Positions 26,533 through 39,816 of a stretch of 64,000 nucleotides of DNA are shown here, in pieces; position 1 is the stretch's first letter; each line of letters starts with the position of its first letter. Under the pieces are notes generated by a model. That model worked only from the letters and a program-made list of their open reading frames with translations, did no database searches and was not told the origin of the DNA. The stretch comes from Octopus vulgaris. Taxonomy: Eukaryota. The stretch spans positions 4,774,001 through 4,838,000 of the forward strand of contig OX597827.1 of NCBI GenBank assembly GCA_951406725.2, in the 5' to 3' direction. A program made the position numbers and the translations under genes.

Positions 26533-26774
26533 CATATATATATATATATATATGAACAGACACACTTAAAAAGGAAGGAAGCGGACCGGACAAAGTATAG
26601 AAAACCGCGTTTGCTACTCATACATATAAGTGTATACTTATGCACACATATGTGCGCACGCACACACACACACAGAGTTGAAGCAGTTTGATTTTTTTCT
26701 CACCTATTTGTACCCTTTTATATATATAAAATACTACTATTAGCTGTCATTTTTTATGGCACAGGGTAATCTAG
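25839..26774 (+). mobile_element. Probable degenerate non-autonomous Helitron
   Basis: 5' atctagtatatataaatc...caaccgattttcaccaaacttt resembles the 37772 element. Putative 3' end ggcacagggtaatCTAGt. Microsatellite-rich interior. Confidence 0.4.
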
Positions 26775-26835
26775 TAGTAATAAGATTAATATTAATAATA
26801 ATAATAATAATAATGATGATGATGATGATGATGTA

Positions 26836-27355
26836 GTACTAGGCTGTGGCTCTCATGGCTTTTGATCTTAACTGATTGGAAGTGCTATCATGTACATTGT
26901 TTTGTCTTGGTATAAAAGATGGGCTACAGCAAATATTCTACTTAATGCCACCGATTTGCTTGCCAGTTAAGTTAAGTTGTTTGACCTTAACCAGTTGAGC
27001 ATGTCCCTTAGTGGCTGACGATATGTGCATCTCTGATCATGAGCAGAAGTAGTTGGGGAGCATCATAGCCATGTGTTGAGAGGAATTCTTTGGGGTTTGA
27101 ATAATTCACCTCTGGAAACATAGGTGTTTTGCTTATCATCCTTAAAACAAAATTTATTCGGGGCCCTTTTAATTGGGATCCACCTGCAAGGTCATGCACT
27201 GTTTATCTTGATATGAGATCACCATGTCGCACACATATGGTTGTGATGCATGTGTCTTGTGTACCCTTATCAGATGGGTAGTCATGATGGGTATATTGGG
27301 TTTCGTATATTTGTACCCCAGTGTCACTTCGAAGGCATGCACTGCTCTGTCACAC
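26836..27355. mobile_element. Family D element, inverted relative to the 41519 copy, with an internal deletion
   Basis: gtggctctcatggcttttgatcttaactgattggaagtg...gcatgcactgctctgtcac aataataat. Confidence 0.8.
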
Positions 27356-27375
27356 AATAATAATAATAATAATAA

Positions 27376-27580
27376 TTGTTGTGTCCTTCGGGACAATATC
27401 AAAGGGTATTGCGAGGGATTATAAAGAAAATAGGAATAGCATGCCCAGCCAGAATCATCAGAATTAGATAGTTGAAGAGAACAAACAGCATGATACTGTA
27501 GGCTGCAGGTAGCAAACCCACTTCTCATCCAAGATTCCAGGAATTAAAATCTGAGTTAAAATAATAGTAAAATAATAATA
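27376..27580 (+). mobile_element. R4/Dong-type 3' terminal fragment
   Basis: Similar to 25230-25460 (ggaatag..tgcccag..gccagaatcatcag...ggctgcaggtag). Ends in taa repeats. Confidence 0.55.
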
Positions 27581-27794
27581 ATCCTTTCTTCTAAAGGTAC
27601 AAGGCTTGAAATTCTGAGGGAAGGGAGTAGTTGATTACAGTGACCCCAGTGTTTCACTGGTACTTAATTTATTGACCTCAAAAGAATGAAAGGCAAAGTC
27701 GATTCCAGTGGAATTTGAACTCAAAACGTGAAGATGGAGGAAATGCTGCTTGGCATTTTACCTGGCGTGCTAACGATTCTGCCAGCTTGCTGCC

Positions 27795-27857
<63 letters not shown>

Positions 27858-28045
27858 GTCCTTTCTACTATAGGCACATGGCCTGCATTTTGTGGGGAGG
27901 GGCTCAGTCGATCACATCAATCCCAGTACTCAACCGTTACTTAATTTATCGACCCCCGAAAGGATGAAAAGCAAAGTTGACTTTGCCAGAATTTGAACTT
28001 GGAACATAGCGATGGGCAAAATACTGCTAAGCATTTTGCCTGATG
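27581..28045 (-). mobile_element. Two family C-variant SINEs separated by (TAA)n
   Basis: Units 27581-27796 and 27859-28045 flank the (TAA)n run at 27796-27857. Confidence 0.75.
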
Positions 28046-28375
28046 TGGTTTAGACTGTTAGAGTTGTGAGTGATGACATTGGTATGAAGTTTGGAATAGA
28101 TCAGTGTGTGGCGCAAGTAATAAGGAGAGAAAAGATATCTACATCAAAAGGGATTAAATTCCCAGATGAGACATCAAGCAGAGCAATGAATAATGGTGAC
28201 AGTTACAAGTAACCAGGTGTATTGGAGGCAGAATTCTCTGTCAAGAAATGAAAGAGAAAATGAGAAATGAATATCTCAAGAGAGTGGAAAGGTGCTAAGC
28301 TCAAAAGTGAATGGAAAGGAAAAGCATCTCTGCAGTAAGCACGCAGACACAGTCTCTCCTAGACTTGTGAGGTTC
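28045..28375 (+). mobile_element. R4/NeSL-type RT fragment
   Basis: TVRVVSDDIGMKFGIDQC...GIKFPD...DSYK*PGVLE, matching the post-MDD region of RLE-type RTs. Confidence 0.6.
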
Positions 28376-28479
28376 CTTAATTGATCTTAGGTAGTTGTCT
28401 CCTCCTCCATATTGGATACCCTTCTCATGATAATATTTTTATAATCATCTGTTGTTATTTTTAATTCAGTTTTATTTAT

Positions 28480-30060
28480 TTTCATATAGATCCCTACTAC
28501 TTAAAACCCCAGTTTTGGTACTGCCACCAGTGTCTTTGAGCTCTTGTGGCAAAAAATTATTTTTATTATGACTTGTGGAGTTATGCTGAACAATTGTTGC
28601 CAAATGTAGGATAAATTCAACTATCAACTAAGTCTATTATGAGAATTGCCCTACCATCCACATTTTATTTGGCAGGGCAGGATTACCCTGAGCACCAGGT
28701 GCAAGTAACCTTTCCTAGATGTCTCTATAGCCAACAGTCACATACTGAGAGCAGGCTCACTCACTTGGGTCATGCTCTTCACTCTCACACATCTTGCAAC
28801 AAATTTGTGGTGAGGTCAGTACCTTCAACTGCATCTTAAGCGAAGCTTGAAAAAGTTGATGAAGGCTTGGTATCTCAAGAAAATACCTTTACAAAAACCA
28901 AACTAAAAATAAATTATTGTAGAGCAGGAAGGATTTATGTCCAATTTCTGCAAAGCAATTGATTCACTTCTTGCTAACAAGATGTTAGTGGTTGGTGTGA
29001 AAGTACACAAAAATAATGTCATGTGCCTGGATCAATTACTAGCAAGCCCTTGATTTGGATATTACTTCACTAGCCTATCAACATACTTGAAGCACATCAG
29101 TTTGATGACACTTTGGCAAATTTCATTAAAAGAAGTGGCAAGCAGTTTCTATAGTAACTAACACTAACTGTAAACTGAAACCTTATTAGGAATATCTATC
29201 AAGATATTCCCAGGTAACAGAGCATCTAGTCTTTATTTCATTCTATGCTTGTTTCCCTTCTGTTGACTCATAAAATGAAACAATTTAGGATATTTCACAG
29301 GGAGAGGGGAAGGCCAAGCTTATCCACTGTCTTGCCTTCATGGATGATCTAATATATACTGCAAATGGTCCCTAGCGTGGAAGTCATTTTAGTATTATCA
29401 AGCGATTTAGTAAGGTCATTAAGATGTCCTTTGAATTGGAAAAATACTATACGGTAATCATACAACAATGCACACTGTCATGTTAAGCAGATAATTTGGA
29501 AATCCAAAGAGAGGAGATAATATGGGAATAAGAAAGCTCTGCTTATTATAAGTAGTTAGGCATAGGTGAAAGAAAAATTATGTGTGAAAGCTTTTTGAAT
29601 GCCAATAAAAATTGAATGAGTGAAAAAGATTATATAAAACTCATCTTAATAGTAAGAAAACTATATGTGCTATTAACACGGCTGTGGTGCTGACCATAAT
29701 ATATGTATTTCACTACTGCCCACAAGGGGCTAAACACAGAGGGGACAAACGGATTATGTCGATTACATCGACCCCAGGGCGTAACTGGTACTTAATTTAT
29801 CGACCCCGAAAGGATGAAAGGCAAAGCCGACCTCGGCGGAATTTGAACTCAGAACGTAACGGCAGACGAAATACGGCTATGCATTTCGCCCAGCGTGCTA
29901 ACGAGTCTGCCAGCTCGCCGCCTTGTGATCAAAATATATGCCTCTGTAGTTTTGTACAGGAAGGTAATAAACCCAGATTAAAATAGAGAGTGATATGAAA
30001 AATCTATAAAAATAACCCTCTGTACTGCGCAGTAAGTTTGACTGTACATCTTAAGAAGAG
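28480..30060 (+). mobile_element. Degenerate R4/NeSL-type LINE, interrupted by SINE C
   Basis: LAFMDDL (~29333-29352), IIKRFSKVIKMSFELEK, YK*LGI, LNSKKTICAINTAVV. The 5' boundary is uncertain. Confidence 0.55.
29705..29923 (-). mobile_element. SINE family C
   Basis: Near-identical to 15591-15823 with a small internal deletion. Inserted in a LINE relic. Confidence 0.85.
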
Positions 30061-30212
30061 AAGGCAGTAGGCAATGGTAAGGACAGAGGCTCAATAGTCT
30101 CTTGGAGTTTTTCAGAGAGCAGTGTTTAATTTTATTCACTACTTTTCTGACTCACAATAAGGTTTGTTTCATGCCTGTGTATTTTCTGAAACAATACATC
30201 ACACTGTCTGAC

Positions 30213-30610
30213 ATGTGGTAAGTAGCTTGCTAACCAACCACATGGTTCCGGGTTCAGTCCCACTGCATGGCATCTTGGGCAAGTGTCTTCTGCTATAGTC
30301 CCGGGCCGACCAATGCCTTATGAGTGGATTTGGTAGACGGAAACTGAAAGAAGCCTGTCGTATATATGTATATATATATATATGTATGTGTATGTGTGTG
30401 TTTGTGTGTCTGTGTTTGTCCCCCTAGCATTGCTTGACAACCGACGCTGGTGTGTTTACGTCCCCGTCACTTAGCGGTTCGGCAAAAGAGACCGATAGAA
30501 TAAGTACTGGGCTTACAAAGAATAAGTCCCGGGGTCGATTTGCTTGACTAAAGGTGGTGCTCCAGCATGGCCACAGTCAAATGACTGAAACAAGTAAAAG
30601 AGTAAAAGAG
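30213..30610 (+). mobile_element. SINE family B, slightly 5'-truncated
   Basis: Starts at tgtggtaagtagcttgc. The remainder matches the family. Confidence 0.88.
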
Positions 30611-31499
30611 TATATGTCTGTAAATCCAGTTTTAACTCCTTTGGTGTAAAGTTCTTTGGTTCTTATATGAACTTCCACTTGTTTATAAAATTGGCAGGTT
30701 ATCCACACAATGTATTTGTGAACATTGATTGTATGTTTTGAAGAAAGAAACACTCTATGTATTTCTTAAACCATAAACAATAAAAACAACAATTATAATA
30801 GCAAACATTGTTGTTATCATTTAAGTAAGTAATTACCAAATTAATTTGAGTTGCCATTACAAAATGTTCTTCTTGGGGTATTTCTTTGAAATCTGTTTCC
30901 AAAAAAAAAAACAAAAACAAAATTCGTTCTGCTTTCAGTCGTTTTAAATTTGACATTTATACCTAATTAGACAGGGGTTAAAACAAACTCACCATATTTT
31001 CAATAATGAAGAATTTGTTTTGAAAATAGATATGAGGCTTGCTGCTTTTAGGGCAAGGCAAACAAGAAACTTACATATGTTTGTATTTTCCAAAAATATC
31101 ATTAGTTACATACAAAATATCAATGATTTCAATAACAAAACTTTGATTAAAAACTAATACATGGAAAGATCATCAGCAGCAATATTAGTAGCATCACCAG
31201 CAGTAGTAGTAATAATAGTAGTAACACTGAGCAGTTTTTCAAACATAGCCTATCCTTCTTCTTTGATGTAACATACTCATTATGTTGGACGTGTTATATA
31301 TACCCAGACATATACATATTATGTATATGCACACATACATATACATACATATATTTATATATATATATACATATGTACATACATGCACGCACACACACAC
31401 GTGTACGTGTTAAATTGTCTTGTTTTTATTAGGTTGATGAAAGGCAAAATAAATTAATATTTTGGTCAGTAAACTTTGGATAGCTGTATTTCATTAGGC

Positions 31500-33610
31500 T
31501 CTTAGTGTTTTCCTTAAGGATACAAAGACTTGGAAAGGCACTGGGCCATTGGGGATTATTGCTTAGATATTTAAATTATCTGGTGGAGTAGGATATGGCC
31601 TAGTCACTTGTATAGTCAGATTGTTCTGATAGGGATCTTACCAACAACTGATGTAACAACATTATAGTCAACTGCTATAAAGAGAAAGACAATTCTACAG
31701 ACAGAAGCATCAAACTGCTGGACCAGGTCATGAGAGTTACTGAAAGAGTCATAGCTCAACTAATTAGGATGAGAATTAGCCTAGATGAGATGCAGTTTGG
31801 TTTTGCATCTCCTGTACGCTAACTTTCACCACTTCTTTGTTATCTTGGAGAAATTCTTTGACAGGGTCTTGCATTCACTCATCTGATGATCATATAAAAT
31901 CTAGGGGTAGTTGAGTGGTTGGTGAGAACGATGTGTCATGGCTGATGAGAGTCATGTACAAGGATGCTGTTAGGTGAGAGTCAGCAATAAGTATAGCAAT
32001 GAATTTATTGTGCAGGTATGAGTTCACCAAGGACTGGCTTGCAGCCCCTTTGTTAATCGAAGTCCTCTTGGCCACAACAAAGGAATTTAAGTCAACTTGG
32101 AAGCTCTTCTAAGCTGATTTTAATGGTTTGAAACATTACTTGTAGAATTAGAGAAGAAATTTCAGGTATAGATGCAAGGACTAAAATCTCAGGGTTTTAG
32201 AGTTATTGTAGAAAGTTCAATGTACTTGTAAATAGGAAAACAAACAAATGCTAATCCCTTCAGAGAAATGGCCCTATTCGATGTGTAGAAAAGGTGTAGG
32301 TAGGAATTCCATTCAGTATACCCAGTGTAAGCTATGGACACATAAGAGGTGCAGTGGGACCACAGGATAATTAGCAGGGAAAGTGGTCTTTGTGTGTGGT
32401 AGATGTGCAGGTAGAGTAAGTCGTGAGAATTTGCAGGAAACAGATTTCCTCAGATGTCCAGTGGGATGCTTACAGGTAGTAGATAGCTTCTGTTACCTAG
32501 GTGACCAAATTAGCAGTGGTGGAAGTTGCTCTGAAAGCATAATAGCTAGAAATTCAAAGAGTTTTTACCTCTGCTAGTAAAAAAAAGTGGTGCTATATGA
32601 CAGTGAAACATGGGCTGTGACTGCAAGGGACATGTGAAGGCCTAAAAGAAACGAAGCCATCAAGCTCTATTTGATGGGCAATGTCAGTGTGCATGTATGA
32701 CAAAGAGTAAATGTTTTGAGAGAAAAATTGGGTTTAAGAGGCATCAATTGTAGTTTGCAGGAGAGAAGACTGTGCTAGTATAGTCATGTGTAGTGTATGG
32801 ATGAGGACAGCTGCATAAATATTTGCTGATCTAAATGTGGAAGGAAGTTGTGGTAGAAGAAGACCAAAAAAAGATGTGAGATGAAGTCGTAAGAAAAGAT
32901 GTTCAGATGTTTTGAGCTTTACAGAGGAGCTGAAAAGGGACTGAAAGAATTGGTGATTTACTGTGCTTGAGAAAACCTGCCCAGCTAAGTAAAATCCATG
33001 TCAATGCTCCTTCCTTCACAAACCACACATGCCTACCACTGCTGTGTCTCCCTTCCCCTTACTTTCTTCATGTACCTACCTGCACACAATTACGACCCTG
33101 TTAAATCTATTCCCCACAGCATGTCCTCTTAATACTGTGCCCTCTACTAATGCCCACTCATTACATCCCCTCACTTCTAGCTCCCACTCTCTTTTTGTAA
33201 TCTTGTGAATTCAGCCGCCCACTCACTCACTTTCTCCAATCCCCAGTCCCTCCTCCCTGTATACACTTCCATGCCACTTAGATGTATGACTCCTGCCACT
33301 TCCCTGTCACATATTTACCACCTTCTCTCCTTCCTCTCCATTCACAGTAGCCATGTTTCTCTTCTATTGCAAGACACCTTTTCTGTCTCTCAATATCACT
33401 TTCTTCAGTTGAGAAGTTTTGTTCTGCAAGTTACTTGGTGACCTTGCTGCTGCTGCTGGTGTCATGTAAAATGCACCCAGTACATTCTGCAAAGTGGCTG
33501 GTGTTTGGAAGGGCATCCAGCTGTAGAAAACCATACCAAAACAGACAGTAGAGCTTGGTGCAGTCTTTTAGCTCCTCAGTTGCTGTCATCATGGAAAACT
33601 GATGTTAAAA
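31500..33610 (+). mobile_element. Degenerate RTE-clade LINE
   Basis: IKLLDQVMRVTERVIAQLIRMRISLDEMQFGF, LEKFFDRV, CRKGVGRNSI..QCKLWTHKRCSG..FVCGRC, VVDSFCYLGDQI, and a family E-type 3' end. Confidence 0.85.
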
Positions 33611-33751
33611 AAGACTTGTATACATTTATACTTATAAAGGCACGTGCCTAGTAGTTGGATTCATGATTGTAAGGTCATGATTTCAGTTCCTGGATTGAGC
33701 AGTATATTAGGTCCGAGGTAAAGATACTTCATTACTTACTGTTCCAGTTCA

Positions 33752-33957
33752 TTTACTCTTTTACTTGTTTCAGTCATTTGACTGCGGCCATGCTGGAGCA
33801 CCGCCTTTAATCGAGCAACTCGACCCCGGGACTTATTCTTTTGTAAGCCCAGTACTTATTCTATCGGTCCCTTTTGCCGAACCGCTAAGTAACGGGGACA
33901 TAAACACACCAGCATCGGTTGTCAAGCAATGCTAGGGGGACAAACACAGACACACAA

Positions 33958-33988
<31 letters not shown>

Positions 33989-34157
33989 CATATATGCGAC
34001 GGGCTTCTTTCAATTTCCGTCTACCAAATCCACTCACAGGGCTTTGGTTGGCCCGAGGCTATAGTAGAAGACACTTGCCCAAGGTGCCATGCAATGGGAC
34101 AGAACCCGGAACCATGTGGTTGGTAAACAAGCTACTTACCACACAGCCACTCCTGCA
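33752..34157 (-). mobile_element. SINE family B
   Basis: Full-length reverse-complement copy. Confidence 0.88.
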
Positions 34158-37100
34158 CAGTGTGGCACTTTACAGATCATTAGACAATAGAAGTTTGCAA
34201 ACACAAAAGTTCATCAGCCCATGATGGTTATACCACAATGGATGATACACAGACATACACACACATCTACATACCTCATAGTCTTATATTCTGGATGAAG
34301 TTGTTATTAGTGGTGTTTGTTATTGCCACTTTTTTTTATGTAGTGGGCTGCAAAGATCATGATAATGATGTTTTTACTGGTGATATTGTCATAGGTGGAT
34401 TAAAATTATTTTTGCCACATACTCAAAGTGAAATCCAGCAAACAGTAAATGTTCTTAGTTTACTACAGGTTTGCTGTATATGTGTGTTAATTTTTGGCTT
34501 GCATTTTGTTATCAATAAATCTTCAATTAGTCATATCTAGACACATTACAAGGATATAAATCCTTAGTGCTTGATTGGTACTTTATTTTCTAATTTCCAG
34601 AAGGTTGAGAGGCAAAGTTGAACTCATTGGGATTTGAACTCAGAATTTAAAGTACCATAACTGAATACTGCCACTTATTTTTCATGAGGATGTAATAATT
34701 CTGCCTGTCCACTGTGCGTGCACACACACACACACAAGAGAGAGAGAGAGAGAGGTGGGGGGAATTGTATCTAAGTGTAATGGAAACAAATACTAATGAA
34801 CCAAAATCATATTGCCTCTTTATTAAATTTTTTAAATTAAAAAATAGTATAATGATCAGGAAAATATTTATGAAACTGCAATCCATCAAATCTTTTATAA
34901 AATAATATTGGTAATGCTACAGTATAATATTGAATGAAAGATTATCAATAGGTAATTAAAATATAAACAAAATTTCATAAAAGTTATCAAGCTGTCATTT
35001 TCTCAAAATGACATTTAAAATATCCAATTCATTAAAGTTTATATGAAAAACACAAGAATGAGAAATTTAGCGTTTAAGTGTCTTTACAGAACTGTTAAAG
35101 GAAGTGTCTCTCGGAAGTCCATTGTTTGTGGAGAACTCTCTTAAATATTTATATTAATATTTATGTAACGTTGCAATACTCATTGAGTATTTAAACTCAG
35201 TTCTATCAAATGTAGTGTTGCCCAGGCTCACCATAGTATCTGTTTACAAATAAATGAAATCTAAGTTTATTGGTGATAAACTCAGCAGAGTATTGATAAC
35301 ATTCAAACTGTGAATTCCTCAGCCAGTATGACAACACATCATTGACTTAGTAATCTTAAATTCTACATCTTCCAAACACGATTCAATGAATTATTGATTT
35401 AAATGTTTGTATAAGAACAAGTAAGCATTTTTTTTTCTTGTTCTTGGTATTCAAATTTTTGTTCATTTATATCAAATTTAGAAGTTGGATGCATTCAAAT
35501 AAAAATTTAGTCAGAAGCCAGAATGGTAGGAATAAAAGAGAAATCTTTTAGAAGACAGTATCTGATTTGGGATACACACTCATTGTTACATTGTTGGACT
35601 CTTTTGAAAACTGAAATCAAATTACACTCATTACTACAGTAAGAAAAAAATGATTGGAAAAAGATAGGAAATTGATAAACATACTTTTATTTAAGCAATA
35701 ATGCTGAAATAGTTTTTACTGTTTTGGACTAACTTCCTGATAACAAATTTTTATCCCTATATACTTCTAAACATTGCTAAATTATGTAAGATAATACTTT
35801 ATTAATATATTGATCTCATCTTTGGAGTATATATTTGTAGTGTTTATATTCACACAATAACTTGATCAGTTAGATCTCCATTATCATTGAGTATCTTACA
35901 AACATAGAGTCAAACTGAATTTGAGCTAGTACATATCCCAGAGTAGGATGTTTGAAGATCAAATCATAAGTTAGATATAAATGAAGGATTTTATTGACAA
36001 AACTCATCACAGGTGTTGGAACATTTAACTAATGAACTATATATATTTGAGTCTATACATTAGTTTTCAAAATTATGTATCAAGAGAAAAGATGAGTCAT
36101 AACTGTAACAAGGCTTGGAGAAAATTTTAATTGTAATATTGGAAAATAGATGAATCACAAGATTGAAGCATAAATGGTGAATGTGGTTTTCATTAATAAT
36201 TGGATGCACCTATTTTGTAAAACTTTCATTTCCGTATACTTTCATTCATTAATCTAAAATATTTTTAATCATACCTTCAAATTTCTTGGTGATCATAAAG
36301 AATAAAGAAGCTATTGAAAAGAGTAAGTTAAGGTGAAATGAAGTGATTCCAAGTAATTGAATGTGTTTATAGGTATTGCATATTTTTTACAACTGCAATA
36401 CCATTAAAGAACTTAAATGCTTCTCTGAATAAGATCAGTTGTCATGGAAAAAATACCTGTGTGTATTAAAGAAGACAAGTATTGAATAATGAAAGTATTA
36501 TTTCCCTTTGTTCATTTATTAGTATTATTTGTCAATTTCCAAGTAATTAAAAAACATTCTTTCCAAGTGCTAATTCTTATATCTGTAGAAAAATGCACTT
36601 GAACATCTTTCCTTTTAAACAAATCTTTGTTGTAAGCCATTTCAAGTATATTTTCATATTGGTTTCTATTGAACAGGTGCAAAACTAACCTTTTATCATT
36701 CTATATCCAACTTCCTTTATGACATTTCTTTGTTTGTGTTTTTTTTTAACTTTTAAAATATTATGCCCAAATTCTTTCTTGGTTGATGTCTGTTCTAACA
36801 TTACTAGCATATGATACAGCTTGCAACACATATTTTGCATCCTCTTTTATTTCCTTACATACACGTTAATCTGACAAATATTCACAAATCAACACCTGTG
36901 AAAATTTATAAAACACGTAATTCAAATATAATTTTTAAACACTTCCAACAGATAACATTCAGCTTGTTCTTCTCTACAACATAAAATGCTTGGTTTGCTC
37001 CTGAAGGGTATTATTTAGGAGACTATTTTGCCATTGTCATTAAAGATGGAGAAATATAAAATGAATTGGAATAAGGTGGAATAAAAAGGTAGCATAGAAG

Positions 37101-37534
37101 TAAAAATTTTAAAATACATACATACACGCACACACAAACGCAAGCATACACACACAGACGCAAGCATACACACACAGACGCAAGCATACACACACACACA
37201 CACTCATCCTCAGACACAAGCATAGCTGTATGATTAAGAAGACTGCTTCAAAACCACAGTGGTTTGGGCTTCACTACATGTGAGCGTGAAAAAGTGGACA
37301 TAAAAATGATGATTATGTGTGTGCACGCGTGCATGCGTTTTGTATGTGTGTGTGTGTGTGTGTGGTAAGGATTCCACAAGCAGAAAAGCACTCAATCAGC
37401 TAAGGAAGTAAAGATAATGTTATAATGAAAACCACAAATTTTGTTTTCAGCTTTAAAACTTGTAAAATAAATTGTTTTGATCAGGAAACCCTGGGTAGCT
37501 GTATTTAACAAGGTTTGTGATTACTACTGTAACA

Positions 37535-37574
<40 letters not shown>

Positions 37575-37577
<3 letters not shown>

Positions 37578-37753
37578 GGAGTAAACACATAAATGTGAAA
37601 CAAGGTGGAAAAAAGAGTACTCAACTACCAGTGGTAGAGTAATGTGCTTTATTTAAAGCAGCAGAAAATTCAACAAAACCTGTTACTCTGAGTTTCCTGT
37701 TGCAACTCAGAGTAATAGGTTTTGTTGAATTTTCTGCTGCTTTAAATAAAAAG
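37575..37753. mobile_element. TA-embedded hairpin element, possibly a Penelope-like remnant
   Basis: 47-bp arms 37648-37694 and 37704-37750 with one mismatch and a 9-nt loop. Flanked on both sides by (TA)n. Confidence 0.6.
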
Positions 37754-37771
37754 TATATATATATATATATA

Positions 37772-38154
37772 TATCTCTATATATAAACGGCAGTTTGTCT
37801 GTGCGTGTTTCTGTGTGTCTGTTTTCTCGTACCCTCACCCTGACCACGGCTTTCAACCGATTCTGATGAAACTTGACACACGCATAGCCCAATGTCATAA
37901 TTCAAAACTAACGCAGCGAAAATTTTGAAAAGTTCCCCCAGTTCTGAAAAAAATCGATAAATTCGACATGGGGTCGAGAATCAGAAACCCAAACCACAGA
38001 CCGTCTAGGGGACGCAACTCCACCTTTTTTAACTCTCAAAAAAATTTACCATCATTTTTTCCCATTTTTTTGCTATTTTTTGGCTATAACTCTCTAAAAA
38101 TGCTTTATAGTTATTTCCCTTACAAACCTGAGCAACGCCGGGCGATACTGCTAG
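37772..38154 (+). mobile_element. Non-autonomous Helitron
   Basis: A|TCtctatatataaacgg 5' end and 3' cctgagcaacgccgggcgatactgCTAG|T. The 3' part is near-identical to the reverse complement of 4061-4200. Confidence 0.82.
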
Positions 38155-38857
38155 TATATATATATATACACTAACAGTTTGACTTTCAAATGCCTTAGAG
38201 TTTCTTGGGCACATAGGAATTTCATTCATCTCATCAGATTTTCAGAAGCAGAGTGGAAGGTTTGAAAGCAATTCAAGGTGTTCAGGTCTCACTCATTCAG
38301 TTCAGCTCATGTGGTATTTAGGCTATCAAAGCAACACCAGTTATGTTTTAGTCCATGTATGCGGACATGATGGGCTATGACATAGTGTATTCAGTGACTC
38401 CAATTCCTTGTTTTGGGTACTGCATATGGTGGGGTAAGATGTCTGGTGTGAATCTGTAACTCAGTCGTCATTCAGTGGAGTTTGAAGACATTAGTAGTAG
38501 CAAACCACCATTTGCAACACCAAAGGAACTGATATCACTGGATATACTATGCCAGAACCGACTGTTAAAGTGGCACCACCATCTTGCCACTATCCTGTCC
38601 GATCATGTGGACCTAAACTTAAAAAAAATAACTGGTGTTAGTTTGATAGCATTTATGCCTTGTAACCTGCGTTGATCAATAGAGGCCTAAACACGTAGAA
38701 ACATCTTCCACTCTGTCTTTGAATATCAACGAAATAGATGCATCCTGTATGCCCAGGAAAGTTTTAATCCATCTGGAGTTGAGTCAAACTATTATTAAAT
38801 ACATGTAACTCCAACCAAATGTGTTGATTGCTACTTTCTTTTGTTTGTTCACTTACT

Positions 38858-39556
38858 ATATGTATGCACGTATGTATGTATGTATGTATGTATGTATGTA
38901 TGTATGTATGTATGTATGTATGTATGTATGTATGTATGTATGTATGTATGTATGTATGTATGTATGTATGTATGTATGTATGTATGTATGTATGTATGTA
39001 TGTATGTATGTATGTATGTATGTATGTATGTATGTATGTATGTATGTATGTATGTATGTATGTATGTATGTATGTATGTATGTATGTATGTATGTATGTA
39101 TGTATGTATGTATGTATGTATGTATGTATGTATGTATGTATGTATGTATGTATGTATGTATGTATGTATGTATGTATGTATGTATGTATGTATGTATGTA
39201 TGTATGTATGTATGCTATGTGTGTATGTATGTATGTATGCTATGTATGTATGTATGTATGTATGTATGTATGTATGTATGTATGTATGTATGTATGTATG
39301 TATGTATGTATGTATGTATGTATGTATGTATGTATGTATGTATGTATGTATGTATGTATGTATGTATGTATGTATGTATGTATGTATGTATGTATGTATG
39401 TATGTATGTATGTATGTATGTATGTATGTATGTATGTATGTATGTATGTATGTATGTATGTATGTATGTATGTATGTATGTATGTATGTATGTATGTATG
39501 TATGTATGTATGTATGTATGTATGTATGTATGTATGTATGTATGTATGTATGTATG

Positions 39557-39590
<34 letters not shown>

Positions 39591-39696
39591 TGTATGTATG
39601 TATGTATGTATGTATGTATGTATGTATGTATGTATGTATGTATGTATGTATGTATGTATGTATGTATGTGTGTATGTATGTATGTATGTATATATG

Positions 39697-39730
<34 letters not shown>

Positions 39731-39784
39731 TGTATGTATGTATGTATGTATGTATGTGTGTATGTATGTATGTATGTATGTATG

Positions 39785-39816
<32 letters not shown>

